From the NCBI RefSeq assembly GCF_006345805.1, contig NC_043004.1:91946001-92010000 (forward strand): a DNA stretch of 64,000 nt, in the 5' to 3' direction. Below are positions 1 to 16,258 of this stretch, in pieces (the first letter of the stretch is position 1; each line of letters opens with the position of its first letter). The notes under the pieces were generated by a model that worked only from the letters and a program-made list of their open reading frames with translations, made no database searches and was not told where the DNA came from. The stretch is from Octopus sinensis (Eukaryota). The translations under genes and the position numbers were made by a program.

Positions 1-346
1 TAGGTATTAGTCCTTTTACTCGAGAAGAAGATATATCCATTTAAAATTTAATTATCCTTAACTGCGGATTGCTGTCAATATATCAATCTATCTTTTGTCG
101 AGGAATGTTATATTTAAAACTATTTGCTGTTGAGACATGTCAAGTTTATTGAGGTAGCGTAACCTTCAGAATAAAACAATTCTATCTTCCATTTTTTCTC
201 CTTTTGATAGATATTTAGCGTTATTATTGGAATAACTTTGAACCTTAATTTCGCAGTGGAAGCGTTAAAATAATGTATTATTATTCTACTAGAAATATTG
301 TCTCCAACATAAAGAATGCTATAGCTATTCAGCACTAAACAGAGTA

Positions 347-592
347 GTCATCATCATCATTGTTCGACCGTGGTCGAGACAATGGAATTTACCATGCTAC
401 GCTAGACTTCACGGTCCATCATGACATTACGGAGGTCCTGTTGCTGGATGCCTGTATCCCTGGAGATTACATTGGGGTAGGAGAGTGTGCGCCCTCTGGT
501 ATTGCGAGTACATGGCTTCCAGAGGAGAAGAGTAGAAATTGCCAGAGTAGTACCAAGCGGTGTATTACCGTACGCCAACCAACAACACCATA
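347..592 (-). mobile_element. RTE-clade LINE, 3' end fragment
   Basis: Homologous to the 3' end of the RTE copy at 12501-13422 (gttcgaccgtggtcgagacaatggaattt...), with the same (ATG)n tail on the minus strand. Confidence 0.8.
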
Positions 593-1754
593 AGAAACAT
601 AATTAACCAATATATTTACTAGGAAAGCAATCTCTTATGTTCACAGTGTAAGTGAAAGACGAGTCTCAATAAGTATCGAACACTCCATGGCTGATTAAGC
701 TTGCCAAGATCTTACTAGGACTCCTGACGACTAAATCTGGTTTCTGGGTGTGTCCAAAAGAATTTCTTTCTTCTTAAATTTATAAGAATTTTAATGATAA
801 TTCGAAGATGCAGGGATAATAATTAGAATTAATTCTATTTAATTCGACTTCTATAACCATATTTCTTCTTGTCTTCTACATCTGTACGTTATCTTCTTTC
901 TTTATTAATTTCTTTTTGCTTCATTTTTTTCTTATTCTTCACCAGTACCACCTTCACCGTTGCCGCCATCACCACCATCACCTTCTAAATACCAATTTGA
1001 ATTGATTAATGGCTGTGTCACCGTTGTATTAATTCGAGTTAGTTGAAGACACGGTCTCTACTTCGGTATTAGTAATTCTCTCCGACAGTCTCTTTCATAT
1101 AATTTGAAATAATTTCTCGATAGATTGGATAAAAAAAGAACTTTTCAATGACGGTAGCTAATAAAGTGAATTACTCTTCTGATTTTTGTTGTTGTTATTA
1201 TTGGTACCATTTTCAAATTATATTTTTAAAAAATTATATAATTATAAACAATTCGAATATTAAATATTAAAAATAAAATAGGAATGAAATAGTATGAAAT
1301 TACAGACTTTTTGTGTATTTAAAATACTACGTACATTGATTTTTGCATGAAAGGCAGAAAACATTTTGATATCGGTCACAAACACAAAAATGTTCATATT
1401 CAGTCACACACACGCACACACGCACACATACGCGCGCGCACATAAGCATATATACAGCCATACACATATATACAGCCATGGCAAGAAACTTAACCGAGTG
1501 CAGTAGTATCAAGCTTCCTCATTCATCAAAAGCCAAATTACATGAGAATGGCCATTGAAAAGGCGATGATACTGATAGAGCCACAGCTTTTTCACAACCT
1601 TTGGGCTGAGACGTATAAACGAATAAAGGAATAGAAAGAATATTAATACGAATACTGTGCACATGGATGTACATAAAAATACATTCGTATACACTGACGC
1701 TAACAGAGCAACCCTCGCATGCACAGAAACAAACACACATAATTACATATTCTC

Positions 1755-1979
1755 TCTCTTTTACTTGTTACAGTCATTTGACTGCAGCCATGCTGGAGCA
1801 CCGCCTTTAGTCGAGCAAATCGAACCCGGGACTTATTCTTTGTAAGCCCAGTACTTATCCTATCGGTCTCTTTTGCCGAACCGCTAAGTGACGGGGACAT
1901 AAACACACCAGCATCGGTTGTCAAGCAATGCTAGGGGGACAAACACAAACACACAAATACACACACACACACACACACC

Positions 1980-2036
<57 letters not shown>

Positions 2037-2167
2037 GACAGGCTTCTTTCAGTTTCCGTCTACCAAATCCACTCACAAGGCATCGGTCGGCCCGGGGCTA
2101 TAGCAGAAGACACTTGCCCAAGATGCTACGCAGTGGGCCTGAACCCGGAACCATTGGTTGGTTAGCA
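1755..2167 (-). mobile_element. tRNA-headed SINE family C with internal (CA)n/(TA)n
   Basis: Reverse complement of the repeat at 32645-33052 and 60680-61082. The head carries A/B-box-like TGGCTGTGTGG / GGTTCAGTCCC in intact copies; the A-box end is truncated in this copy. Confidence 0.85.
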
Positions 2168-3051
2168 TATTATATATGTAATTATTATTTTTACGAATTA
2201 TTTACCTCAATTGTAGAAAGGACATATTTCGACATACGTTTCAGTTGGCTTCATACCTGATCGTCGTCAGGTGTCTATTCTTTGTGATGGACCTGCGTAT
2301 TATATGAGACCGAATTAAGTCAAAGAAATTAATTGTTTCTATACTAAACAGAATAACGATCCCATGAACCAGACACTGGCGCAGGTGTGCATATTCATAT
2401 AATTCGTTTGTTCGTCTTACCTAATAAAGTCACTATGTGTGCGTGCGTGCATGAATCAAACCAAGTTACTTGTCGTAAATCTAGTCTGATTCTTGAAAAT
2501 CTTCGCCATTTTGCAAAACTGAAATGCATAATAAAACTCGCTATCTAAAATAGACATATTTCCACAGAAAATATCATTTAGACCACTCGAGCGTAGAAGA
2601 AGATATTAAGCTATAATATCAGAGGCAGCCTTGAAAAATAACAGAGACTGCCTTGAAACGTAAAAAAATATGCTGAATGAACGTGACGTGGAATAGTCTG
2701 GGAACGAGATCTAAGACGCTGAAATCAAAGGTTATTAGAATTTGTATCTTTGAAATAAAGCAAACCTAATTGATAGAACATTGTTATAAAAAAACATCTG
2801 TGCAATCACAATGCAACAATTCATGATAACAATGCCCATAGCTCATATCCTAGGTTTTACAACAATCTATCATTTATCGCAATGTTCCGTATCCAATAAA
2901 ATATCTATTACTGCTAACAGCTAGATGAAATAAGGTTTTATTCGAGAAAATGAACGAATCACTTGCAACATGTTTAAACGCACAACATAGCATATGAGCA
3001 TTTTAATTGTCCTCAATCCAAATCATACAGCATTTTCTCTCATATACACAT

Positions 3052-3091
<40 letters not shown>

Positions 3092-4050
3092 TCTCCCTCT
3101 TGTTTTGCAATATGACAAAGTGCAATAGCCCGAAATGTAAGATTTCCTACGCCTCTCAATAACTGAACAGAAGACACTTTTATGTGCAGTGAGTTATCCT
3201 CCTGGTCGACATTTTACTACCACTATAAGACCAACTTGTGGCATACGCAATTATTAACTGCTTAATTGTATTTTTCTTTCATTGTTTTTGGTTAACGTAC
3301 TAATTTCATTTTGTGGAGCACAAGTGGGAGGAGACTTGTTTTACTTTTGTTTATTGTAGTATGTTTCAAAAACATTAAAATTCAATTTCACAAGTTTGAA
3401 TTGAAAGAAAAAGACAACAAAGAAAAACGAACAAATAAATATATTAATAAATAAACAAATATATAAATTGAAAAAAAATTATAGAAAATATTCAAAAAAT
3501 AAAACACAATTCTTTTTGTCTATTTGTCTCTTCATTTGCTTTTTCTTTGCCTCAACTAATTTTCGTAATCTTTCTTTTTTTTCACTTGTTATTTCTTTTA
3601 TTTCTTTCATAGCCTGCCACCCCTGCAATTAACACAGTAATGTACTCTTTGCTTGAATTTCTTAGAACTTTAACCACCCCACAAAGAAGAAAAATAAAAA
3701 AATGAATAGAAAAATATCAGAAAAATACATAAGATTTTGAATCGTATGAAAAAATAAATAAATAAAACCAGTATTTGAAAATTCAATTTGACATATTTAT
3801 AAAAAAAATTAACACAACATGTTTACTTTATTTATTAGTTTTCCCCAGAATTTCCCAATTTGATAATCGAAATTGATTCTATTACAATAAAGCAGTTGTT
3901 AAGAGCAACACAGATAGAATCAGTAGTGAAATAAAGAAAACATCATGTATTAAAATGTTTTCTTAAGGAATTTAAAAATTTCATTGAAGCTACATTCACA
4001 TACGCATAGCTAGATATCTAGCTGTGTATGTATATATAGTCTTTTAGTAT

Positions 4051-4363
<313 letters not shown>

Positions 4364-4697
4364 GATGACTTTCATATTTACTTTTAATACTTTCCGACAG
4401 AGTTAAAAGCAAATATGCTAATCGCAATCCTGTACGTCACAGGAGGAGAACTTGTTTTTACGATGATATTGTGCTCATAACACACTCGCTTCATTGCTGC
4501 CATTAGCATATATGCGTTCTAATCTTCTGGAACGTATGAAAAATAAATATGCAAGTCATCATTTCAGATCTCCTTGTTCACAGTGCAAATAACAGTTTAA
4601 TAGCGAGTTGAGATATTTTCTTAACATGAAACCAATGGTAGCCTTAAAATATAAATAAAGTACAAAGCCCTCAGTCTTATTGTTCGATATTTACGTG

Positions 4698-4731
<34 letters not shown>

Positions 4732-4743
4732 TACACGTTTGGT

Positions 4744-4792
<49 letters not shown>

Positions 4793-5769
4793 AGGATTAA
4801 GTATAGAATGTGAGTTAGTGCCTAGTTACGTTTTACAGCAATTATGTTTTACATGTCTGAAAGAACGAGAGATGATGGAAGAGAAGATTTGAATTTGAGT
4901 ATTTATGTAGTAACCTGAAACATTATTTCGGCATTTCCTGTTGTATAAGTGAACCATACTAATATCGGACCATTCGTATTGTCGTCGTCTGGTTAGTAGA
5001 GGTCGTGATTAATACCAGCTGTTATAATTAAGAGGCTGTTTCTAAAATATTCTCTCGGTAAAAGATTAATCCAGTTTGTTCTCCATGTGTGAATTTAGAT
5101 AAAATTGCTGGTTTCTGTTTTAATTGCCATTTTGAAATGATTGAAAGAAGTAGAATGAAACAAAGTATTATACTATTCCACCACCTCCGTCAGACTGATA
5201 ATACAACTGTGTAATTAGTATTCATTAATGTTTTACACCTGAATGTGTGCGCGTACAGTTCTGTTCAGATGTTTTCAGAAGTTCGCTTCACAATCTTGGG
5301 TGTCACGATTTCGAATCAACGATTCACTATTTTGAATGTCTTTCGCCATCGACTAAAGACTACCCAAACTGGGCGAATAAAATTATGTCGGCATCAGATG
5401 CGATTATATCTGTGAGTTATTTGATCGCAGGTCGCATATTTGTGGGTTACTGCATAATTTGTCAGCACTTAAGTAATATTTCATTTTGTCAGCTCCGAGA
5501 GAATGAAAAATTAAGTTGATCTATAAGGATTTAATTATACAAGTGCGAGGGATGCATAGTGAAATTTTTTACTTAATATTTCATAAAATTTGGGAAAACA
5601 ACAGAAAGCAAGTAATCTTATTACGGTATAATCAAGGAAACAGACCGTACAAACCCAGAATTATGTTCAACATGAAGTGAAAGTCGATGCTTTCTCCGTG
5701 CCTTCTCCGCCCCACGGACGCATATTCAGAGTAAATCCATTCAATAACTGCGTGCTTGTCACCCGTTAT

Positions 5770-6917
<1,148 letters not shown>

Positions 6918-7163
6918 TAAATCGTGTTAACTGGAACGACTCATGTACTGAGAAGAGCATTATCGCTGTGAAAACAACATCCATTCATGAATTTATTTAT
7001 TTATTAATTTTTTAAATACATATTTTACCTGTGAATTTGCGTGTGTAATCTGGGAATGCATACAATGAGCTTCTCTGCTCTTGGTGTACGGAAAACACTC
7101 GGCGAGAAACGGAAGAAAGTTTGGAGAAAGGAGGAAAATAATAAAATAATAATAATAATGAGG

Positions 7164-7244
<81 letters not shown>

Positions 7245-7269
7245 GTAATTATAATAATACTTTCTATGT

Positions 7270-7447
7270 AACCTCAAGGTTTAAAACAAACATTTTTTTA
7301 GACATCCACTAGTACAACACCAAAAAACCCCCAAATATATGGCACACTAGGCATAACAACAACATGAACTTCCAACCGGTTGTCTCTTGAGGTCTCTGGG
7401 TGAGACTTGGAGCCAACTTGTACAAATATAAAGCAAAATCAAACATA

Positions 7448-7448
<1 letters not shown>
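7270..7448 (+). mobile_element. Short insert between (AAT)n arrays, probable 3' end of an R4/Dong-like LINE
   Basis: Flanked by (AAT)n at 7138-7258 and 7449-7533; family assignment is inferred from context. Confidence 0.4.
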
Positions 7449-9180
<1,732 letters not shown>

Positions 9181-9385
9181 CCTTTCTAGTAAAGGTACAA
9201 GGTCTGAAATTTGTGGGGAGGGGGGACTAGTGGATCACATCTAGTCCAGTGTTTCACTGGTACTTATTTTATCGACTCCAAAAGGATGAAAGGCAAAGTC
9301 AACGTCGGCGGAATTTGAACTCAGAAAGTAAAGAACCAGAAGGAACACCTGTAAGTATTCTTGTGCAGCGGCTTAGCGACTTGAA
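9181..9385 (-). mobile_element. SINE family D, diverged
   Basis: actggtacttattttatcgactccaaaaggatgaaaggcaaagtcaacgtcggcggaatttgaactcag matches the family D core. Confidence 0.7.
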
Positions 9386-9690
9386 ATTTTTTCGTTGTAC
9401 TTATGGCGAGTGCTGCAATAATATGTGTTACAGATACGATGACTTCTGCATATGTGGTTTGTGATGTAGTTGCATATGTTATATTCATGGAGTGTGTTGT
9501 AGCTAAAATATCATGCGTATTGTAGTTATGAATGATATTTTCTATAGTTATGATGTAATGCATAACGTTTGCAGTTATTATATGATGTACATCATATGTG
9601 ATATATTCTTTAACTATGAGACAATGTGAATTGTAGTTATATTGTAGTTACACTGTGTGCGACAATTATGTTGTGATGTAGGATATAGTT

Positions 9691-10207
9691 GTGGAGGCGC
9701 AATGGCCCAGTGGTTAGGGTAGCGGACTCGAGGTCGTAGGATCGGGGTTTCGATTCCCAGATCGGGCATTGTGTGTGCTTATTGAGCGAAAACACCTAAA
9801 GCTCCACGAGGCTCTGGCAGGGTCGTAGTGGTGAACCCTGCTGTACTCTTTCACCACAACTTTCTCTCACTCTTTCTTCCTGTTTCTGTTGTATTTGTAT
9901 TTCAAGGAGCCAGCCTTGTCACACTCTGTGTCACGCTGAATCTCCCCGAGAACTACGTTAAGGGTACACGTGTCTGTGAAGTGCTCAGCCACTTGCGTGT
10001 TAATAAATGAGCTGCGATGTCACTGGTGCCAAGCTGTATCGGCCTTTGCTTTTCCCTTGGATAACATCGGTGGTGTGTAGAGGGGAGGCTGGTATGCGTG
10101 GGCGACTTCTGGTCTTCCATAAACAACCTTACCCAGACTTGTGCCTCGGAGGGTAACTTTCTAGGTGCAATCTCATGGTCATTCATGACCGAAGGGGGTC
10201 ACAAAAA
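9691..10207 (+). mobile_element. Chimeric tRNA-headed SINE (family A body + family B tail) with 13-bp TSD
   Basis: A-box TGGCCCAGTGG, B-box-like GGTTTCGATTCC; TSD GTAGGATATAGTT at 9678-9690 and 10208-10220. Confidence 0.88.
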
Positions 10208-10548
10208 GTAGGATATAGTTATAATATGCTGTGATGTATGATATGGTTGTAATATGTGACGTCTGCTGGAGTTATGACGTGCTATTTTGTAAATATGATG
10301 CAATGCTGTTGTCGATGTAATGTGAACTGTACTGTAGTAGGTCTGATGCAGTCTGTGCTACAGTTATAATGCGGTCGGTTGTATGATGTGAGATGTGCAG
10401 TAGTTATATGATATGCAGCGTAGTTATGATGTGATGTGGATATTGTGTGTGCTGTAGATAAGATGTAGTGTGTGATGTGATTGCTTATCGTTTACTATAG
10501 TGACAATGTGGTATAATATATATTTAGGATGTGAATTGCAGATAAAAA

Positions 10549-10628
<80 letters not shown>

Positions 10629-10899
10629 CTGTTTTTGTTGTACTGTAATATTGAAAAGATTTAGCTTAAAATGACATATATTTAATATCAGTTATTAAAA
10701 AGTAAGTAATAAATAAACCATTTGGAGAGAGATGTTATTATTGCTGTTGTAGTAATCATGGTTATGATTGATTACACATGTGCTCATGGGGTTGTTGTTT
10801 TTGGTGGTAATGGTAGTGATGGCGATGGTAGTAGTAGCGGTGGTTATTGTTTCATATATCGTTGTTTCCTTGTGGTAGAGGAGATGACAGAATCAATAA

Positions 10900-13760
10900 T
10901 TCCCCCTCCATCAAATTTCCGAACTTGTGTCTATATAAGGGATTATTATCATTATCCTTACTCTCTTCTTTCAATTTGGCTTTCATTTCTTACCAAGTGC
11001 ATGTTTCCGACTCAAGTGCTCGATGATTTTACCACGTACTTCCTGCTTCAAAACCATATTTCTCACGAAACTTCTAGACTAAAACCTTCACAACTTGACC
11101 ATGTATCCATGTCTTTGCAACAACGTGTGACATTATTTCATCTCAAATTCCACATGCTCTATATTTTGCTGACACCAGAGGCTTTCCAAAACTGACCATA
11201 AAAAGTTAATCTTCAATCTGTTCAACGTGCTCTCTTTCAAATTCATTTCTATTCTTTTCACCCTTTCCAATCTTGATCACATGTTCTTACTCATTGCCTT
11301 TTGCAATTTCCCTGTGTTCTGCAAATGATCAAGTAAGCTACTTCGTTTCATCATCTCACACTCTTCCACACAAATTAAGCTTCTTCCACCTTGATCTCCC
11401 TTCAAAGCACAACCAGATAATATCAGATTTCAAGTGGTGAACTCAATATATATATTGAACAACACTCTACTTCTCATTAGTTTCTGCATTTCACTTGCTG
11501 TCTAATCCACAATTCGAACGCCACATCTGATAAATAGCACATCTCTTGAATTAGCTGCTTCAATAACATTTCTTGAATTCAATCTTGACTGCAATATATT
11601 CCTCACTCTCCTTGTATATTCCCTCCTTACATTTTGCTTCATCTCTTCATGCTTTATTTCAACCGCCTCCAGTAGCCACAAATATATATGCTGTTGGCCT
11701 TTCTCAATCGAATTCACAGTTTGCTCATTTGACATTCCAATTCTCTGACTTCTTTCAAATCTCCTTCGTTTCATTATCAAGATAATGTACTTTTAAAACC
11801 GGAATTTCCATTTCTCGTACATCATATGAGGAAATGCAAACAGTATGTATGTATGTACAAGACTTCGCAGCTGCTTCTAGTATATCACATAAAACTTTAA
11901 ATCATCTATGAATAGGAGATGATTTATCTGATCATAGCCTTTTCCCAAATCGTAAGCTATTTTGACCTTTCGTAGTCTCATGACCAATACGTACTTATTT
12001 GTATGACAAGTGGAAGAACTAATGAAGAGCAAACATCACCTTCGAATATACCACGTCTGATGTTCAGCTTCTCAAGTCTTTGATTTCCTTCAATCAAGTC
12101 TGTAGGCCAATGCTTCCTGTTACTAAGGACCAGTTTCACCATATTTTCTGCCATTCCAAATATGTTTTATTTATCCAATTGTGCGGCATCATGTCATATG
12201 ATTTTGTTATAATCTGAACCATGCCACATCCAATCCCAACATTTTGCGGTGCAATTTCTGATTACAATTTTATCAGCATACAGTTGGACTTCAGTTGTTA
12301 TACCTTACCTTCTGCACACTCCCTGTTCTGCTGGAAGTAAATTAACACTTTCCAGACGATGGCATAACTTTTCCACCAAGACACTGGTCATGCGCTTCCA
12401 TATAAGTCGCAAACAGGTCGCTGGTCGAAAAGTTGACACTAGTTTAACTGTCATGGGATTTTTTAAACACATCGTTCGTCCACTTGTCATCCAAATAAGT
12501 CATCATCATCATTGTTCGACCGTGGTCGAGACAATGGAATTTACTATGTTACGCCAGACTTCACGGTCCATCATAGCATTACGATGGTCCTGTTGCTGGA
12601 TGCCTGTATTCCTGGAGATTACATCAGGGTAGGAGAGTGTGCGCCCTCTGGTATTGCGAGTAGATGGATTCCAGAGGAGAAGAGTAGAAATTACTTCTTT
12701 TTCAGCTCTACAACAATGTCCAGCAAACTGGACTCTCCTACCTTTCACAAGAGATGACACAGGTGGTAATTTCCCATATATTTGCATTTTGGTTGGATGG
12801 CGCTTCCACGAGAGATTTTGAGCTCCCACAAGGAGGTGAGTGTAGGTTCCATCCAACCGCCTCTCAAGCTTCTTTGGTAACGTCCAGGTTTCTGAGCCAT
12901 ATAGTAGAATTGGTTCGACTGTGACTTTGAATATTTCAAGTTTGAAATCTCTACTTAGATTTGATGACCAGATCTTATGCATGTCATTACAGGCTGACCA
13001 GGCCATACCCTTTCTAGTTAGAAAGTCTTTTCCAGATGATGATATGTATGACCCAAGATATTTATAATCAGAAACCATATTTAAAGGCGCACTGTTGAGA
13101 GTATGGATGATGCAATCACTGTTGGACAGGCACTTGTTTATGTATTCAGTTTTGGCCTCATTGAGGTAAAGACATACACAATTTGAGGCTTGTTCAAGAG
13201 ATTGTAAAAGAGACTGGGCATTGGAGAGAGAATCACTGATAAGAGCGATGTCGTCAGCAAAGTCAGTGTCTGTCAAGTACTCAGCTGGGTGTCTGGAACT
13301 TCTTCTTGGTTTTATTTCAAAGCCCTTGCCAGAGATGGTATCAACTGACATACGTAGCACATAATCAACAACAATGATGAAAAGAAATGGGGCGAGTGTG
13401 TCTCCCTGCAGTAGAGTACGTGTCCAAATAAGTACGTGTCTCTGCTGAAGGCGTTCATCATGATTCGTTGCGATCCTTTCATGCAACTCTGTAAAATGTT
13501 TCAGTCTTACTGAGTACATATCAATTCTGTCGCCCTATTGTTTCAGCACATTAGCACGTTGACTCTCCAGCTGTGTTAACCACTCTGTATTTTCGTTATG
13601 TCTCACTGACCTGTTCCAAAGTTCTATCCAAAACCCTTTACTTTCTTTCATACGCAGGAGACTGACCTCTTCAGCTTTTCCCCCGTCCAATATGATGGTA
13701 TTGAAAGTTAGTTGCGTAATTGCACGTAGATCGTTCCCGGTTGGAAGTAAGGTCACTTGT
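10900..13760 (-). mobile_element. Degenerate R4/Dong-like LINE interrupted by an RTE insertion
   Basis: FWIELWNRSVRHNENTEW; LKHFTELHERIA; MTSGRTMCLKN...FRPATCL..IWK; REYTRRVRNILQSRLNSRNVIEAANS. Many stops. The left boundary is approximate. Confidence 0.75.
12501..13422 (-). mobile_element. 5'-truncated RTE-clade LINE (RT C-terminal half) with 11-bp TSD
   Basis: QGDTLAPFLF, DFADDIAL, YKYLGS, LLYGSETW; (ATG)n tail; TSD TCCAAATAAGT at 12490-12500 and 13423-13433. Confidence 0.9.
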
Positions 13761-14084
13761 TTTATTTTTCAAGGAAGTCATCTGTTGTAGATGACTATGT
13801 GTGTATCGAACAGTGGGACGCCATGTTATTTTTTTTACTCTGTGTCGTCACAAGCGTTACTATCAGAACGTAAAGAAACGGAACAGATGTCGCTAAATAT
13901 CATGTCCGATGATCTAACAACTTCGGCAATCCACTGCTCTCGATTCGTACTTTTTTAATCAGCTCCGAAATGATGAATAGCTATGTTGATCTCGGAAAGA
14001 TTTGAGCTCAACGTGAAGAGAACTGGAACGAACACATCGGTATATTCTATCAGACGCTATAATAACTGTGCCAATTCGTCTTGT

Positions 14085-14290
14085 GTACATAGGAGGGGGT
14101 GCTGAAAAGTTCCTGGAATTTTAGGTATCGCGAAAGACCAGGTTTGAGGCCTGACTTTCCGACCTCTTTTACAGGGCTTAGAAAAATTAAAGGATCGCTG
14201 CAATATGCGTGTGAATCTGAAAAGGGAATAAAATAATAATTAACTGATCCTTCTGTATTTTCTTTTACCCAAAGCCAGGAACTTTCTACA
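14085..14290 (+). mobile_element. Mariner-derived miniature remnant
   Basis: Terminal-repeat-like aaagttcctgg / ccaggaacttt and a mariner-like C-terminal remnant (FTGLEKLKDRC). Confidence 0.45.
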
Positions 14291-14382
14291 TACATACATA
14301 CATACATACATACACATATAGGTGTATATGAAAGTATACACATAATTATAGACTTACTTGCGTTCATATTTGCACACATCTA

Positions 14383-14424
<42 letters not shown>

Positions 14425-14425
14425 T

Positions 14426-14496
<71 letters not shown>

Positions 14497-14807
14497 GGAG
14501 GCGCAATGGCCCAGTGGTTAGGGCAGCGGACTCGCGGTCGTAGGATCGCGGTTTCGATTCCCAGACCGGGCGTTGTGAGTGTTTATTGAGCGTAAACACC
14601 TAAAATGCTCCACGAGGCTCCGGCAGGGGGTGGTGAGGGGTGGTGATCCCTGCTGCACTCTTTCTGTTTCTGTTGTACCTGCAATTCAAAGGGCCAGCCT
14701 GTGTCACGCTGAATCTCCCCGAGAACTACGTTAAGGCTACGCGTGTTTGTGAAGTGCTCAGCCACTTTCGCGTTAATAAATGGGCTGCGATGTCAGTGGT
14801 GCCAAGC
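14497..14807 (+). mobile_element. SINE family A with start of family B tail (same junction as 9691 copy)
   Basis: ggaggcgcaatggcccagtggttaggg head; shared junction cgttaata|aatgRgctgcgatgtca. Confidence 0.85.
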
Positions 14808-14897
14808 GGGATGGCGTTATGCGAAGGCTAAAACAATGCAAACGCATTGTGACCAGCGATGTGTAGCAACATCTGATAGTCTGGTCGGTCACTTGAT
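14801..14897. repeat. ~110-bp multi-hairpin repeat ending in (TA)n, copy 1
   Basis: Near-identical to 61481-61598. Confidence 0.7.
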
Positions 14898-15562
14898 ATA
14901 TATATATATATATATACACACACATATAAATATACATATACATAGACATACACACACACACACACGCATATCCAGAAAGTCTGAGAAAGAGGGAGAGAGA
15001 GAGAGAGAGAGAGGAGATAGTGAAAGAGAAAGTTCTGTACGTAGAAATATTATCAGACCTACCCTCATCAATGAAGAGTGCTGCGTAGAATGTTATATTC
15101 TTCACTATATCTTATCTCACAACCAATATACACATTACGCTTCAGCTCAATATTTATTTCCAATACAACTGTTGGCGTCTCAAAGCATCATTAGCCAAGT
15201 ATACCAATTCTAGTGACTATCCACGTTAATTATTAATATCATGTCCTGCATAGTCAATCTGTAAGTGATTTTATTGAAAGTTACTATGTGACGCTACACT
15301 GTTCACGGAGTTGTTTAAACAACTAGTTAGTTATGAATTGTATAGTTGGTTATGATTTTCGTAACTGAAGATATTTTAATATAGTTAGATGTATAGTGGA
15401 TGCTTATATAAATCGTATAGAATGGTTGTAATTTGTGCAGTTTGAGTGGTTATAAAGTTAGTGACATATTGTATAGTTAGTTTTAAGTGGTGTGGTTATA
15501 TGTGTATTAAAGTTAGTAATGTGCAGAATATTTACAGCTATGTTATATAGTTATATATATAT

Positions 15563-15770
15563 AAAGTTAATCCAAACAAGAAAGCACAAAAAAACACAAC
15601 AACGCGAGGACATGGAACAAATATAGTATTACTGGACAATCAGGAAAGAAGGAAAGAAGGAGGGTTTAACGTTTCGAGCAGAGCTCTTCGTCGGAAACAT
15701 AGGAGAAGGAGAGATCAAGAGAAGGGAAGACAGAGGAAAAAAAATCGCCAACGGTACACATGAGGTCACC
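15563..15770 (-). mobile_element. Family H repeat, copy B
   Basis: Reverse complement of 4051-4258; HHR motif at 15664-15698 (GUUU CCGACGA A GAGC ucu GCUC GAAA CG UU AAAC). Confidence 0.75.
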
Positions 15771-16166
15771 TAATATAAGGATAAAATTTTATTAAAAACT
15801 TTAATAGTGACCAGCATATGAAAAATATCGTTTAAGGTGAAAATTATACAATTATGAATAAAAGCAAAAGAAAAAAAAATTCTTTGCCAATATGCTGAAA
15901 AACCGACGCTAAATCGTCTAACTACATAAGATATTTTACTTGTATTATTAATAATACAAGTGAGAATATCTTATGTGGGTAGACAATTTAGAGTCTATTT
16001 TTCTGCATATTGGTAAATAAATTTTTTTCTTTTTGCCCTTATATATATATATATGTGTGTGTGTACAAATTAAAATCCATTAATATAAAAATCCCAAAAT
16101 ATTATTTAACTACAAAAATGAGATGTTCTAGAAGAATAACATGTAATAATCTATCGATATATCGTT

Positions 16167-16258
16167 TGTACTCCTCTGACGAGATTTTGCCCAGTAAAAT
16201 GTTTTAATTACTGGAATTTAATTCTTTTGGGCAAAATCGAAACAGCTGTAAGAGAACA
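16167..16258 (+). ncRNA. Type I hammerhead ribozyme, canonical core, 11-bp stem II
   Basis: CUGACGA 16176-16182; GAUUUUGCCCA/UGGGCAAAAUC; GAAA 16239-16242; palindromic ACAGCUGU stem III; GUA triplet; bulged stem I CU(C)CU/AGAG. Confidence 0.8.

Noticed and set aside
9693-9770. tRNA-like sequences here and at 14497, 33950, 50563, 52910 and 54284
   Set aside because: SINE heads: A/B boxes are present but there is no complete cloverleaf, and each continues into a SINE body or fragment.
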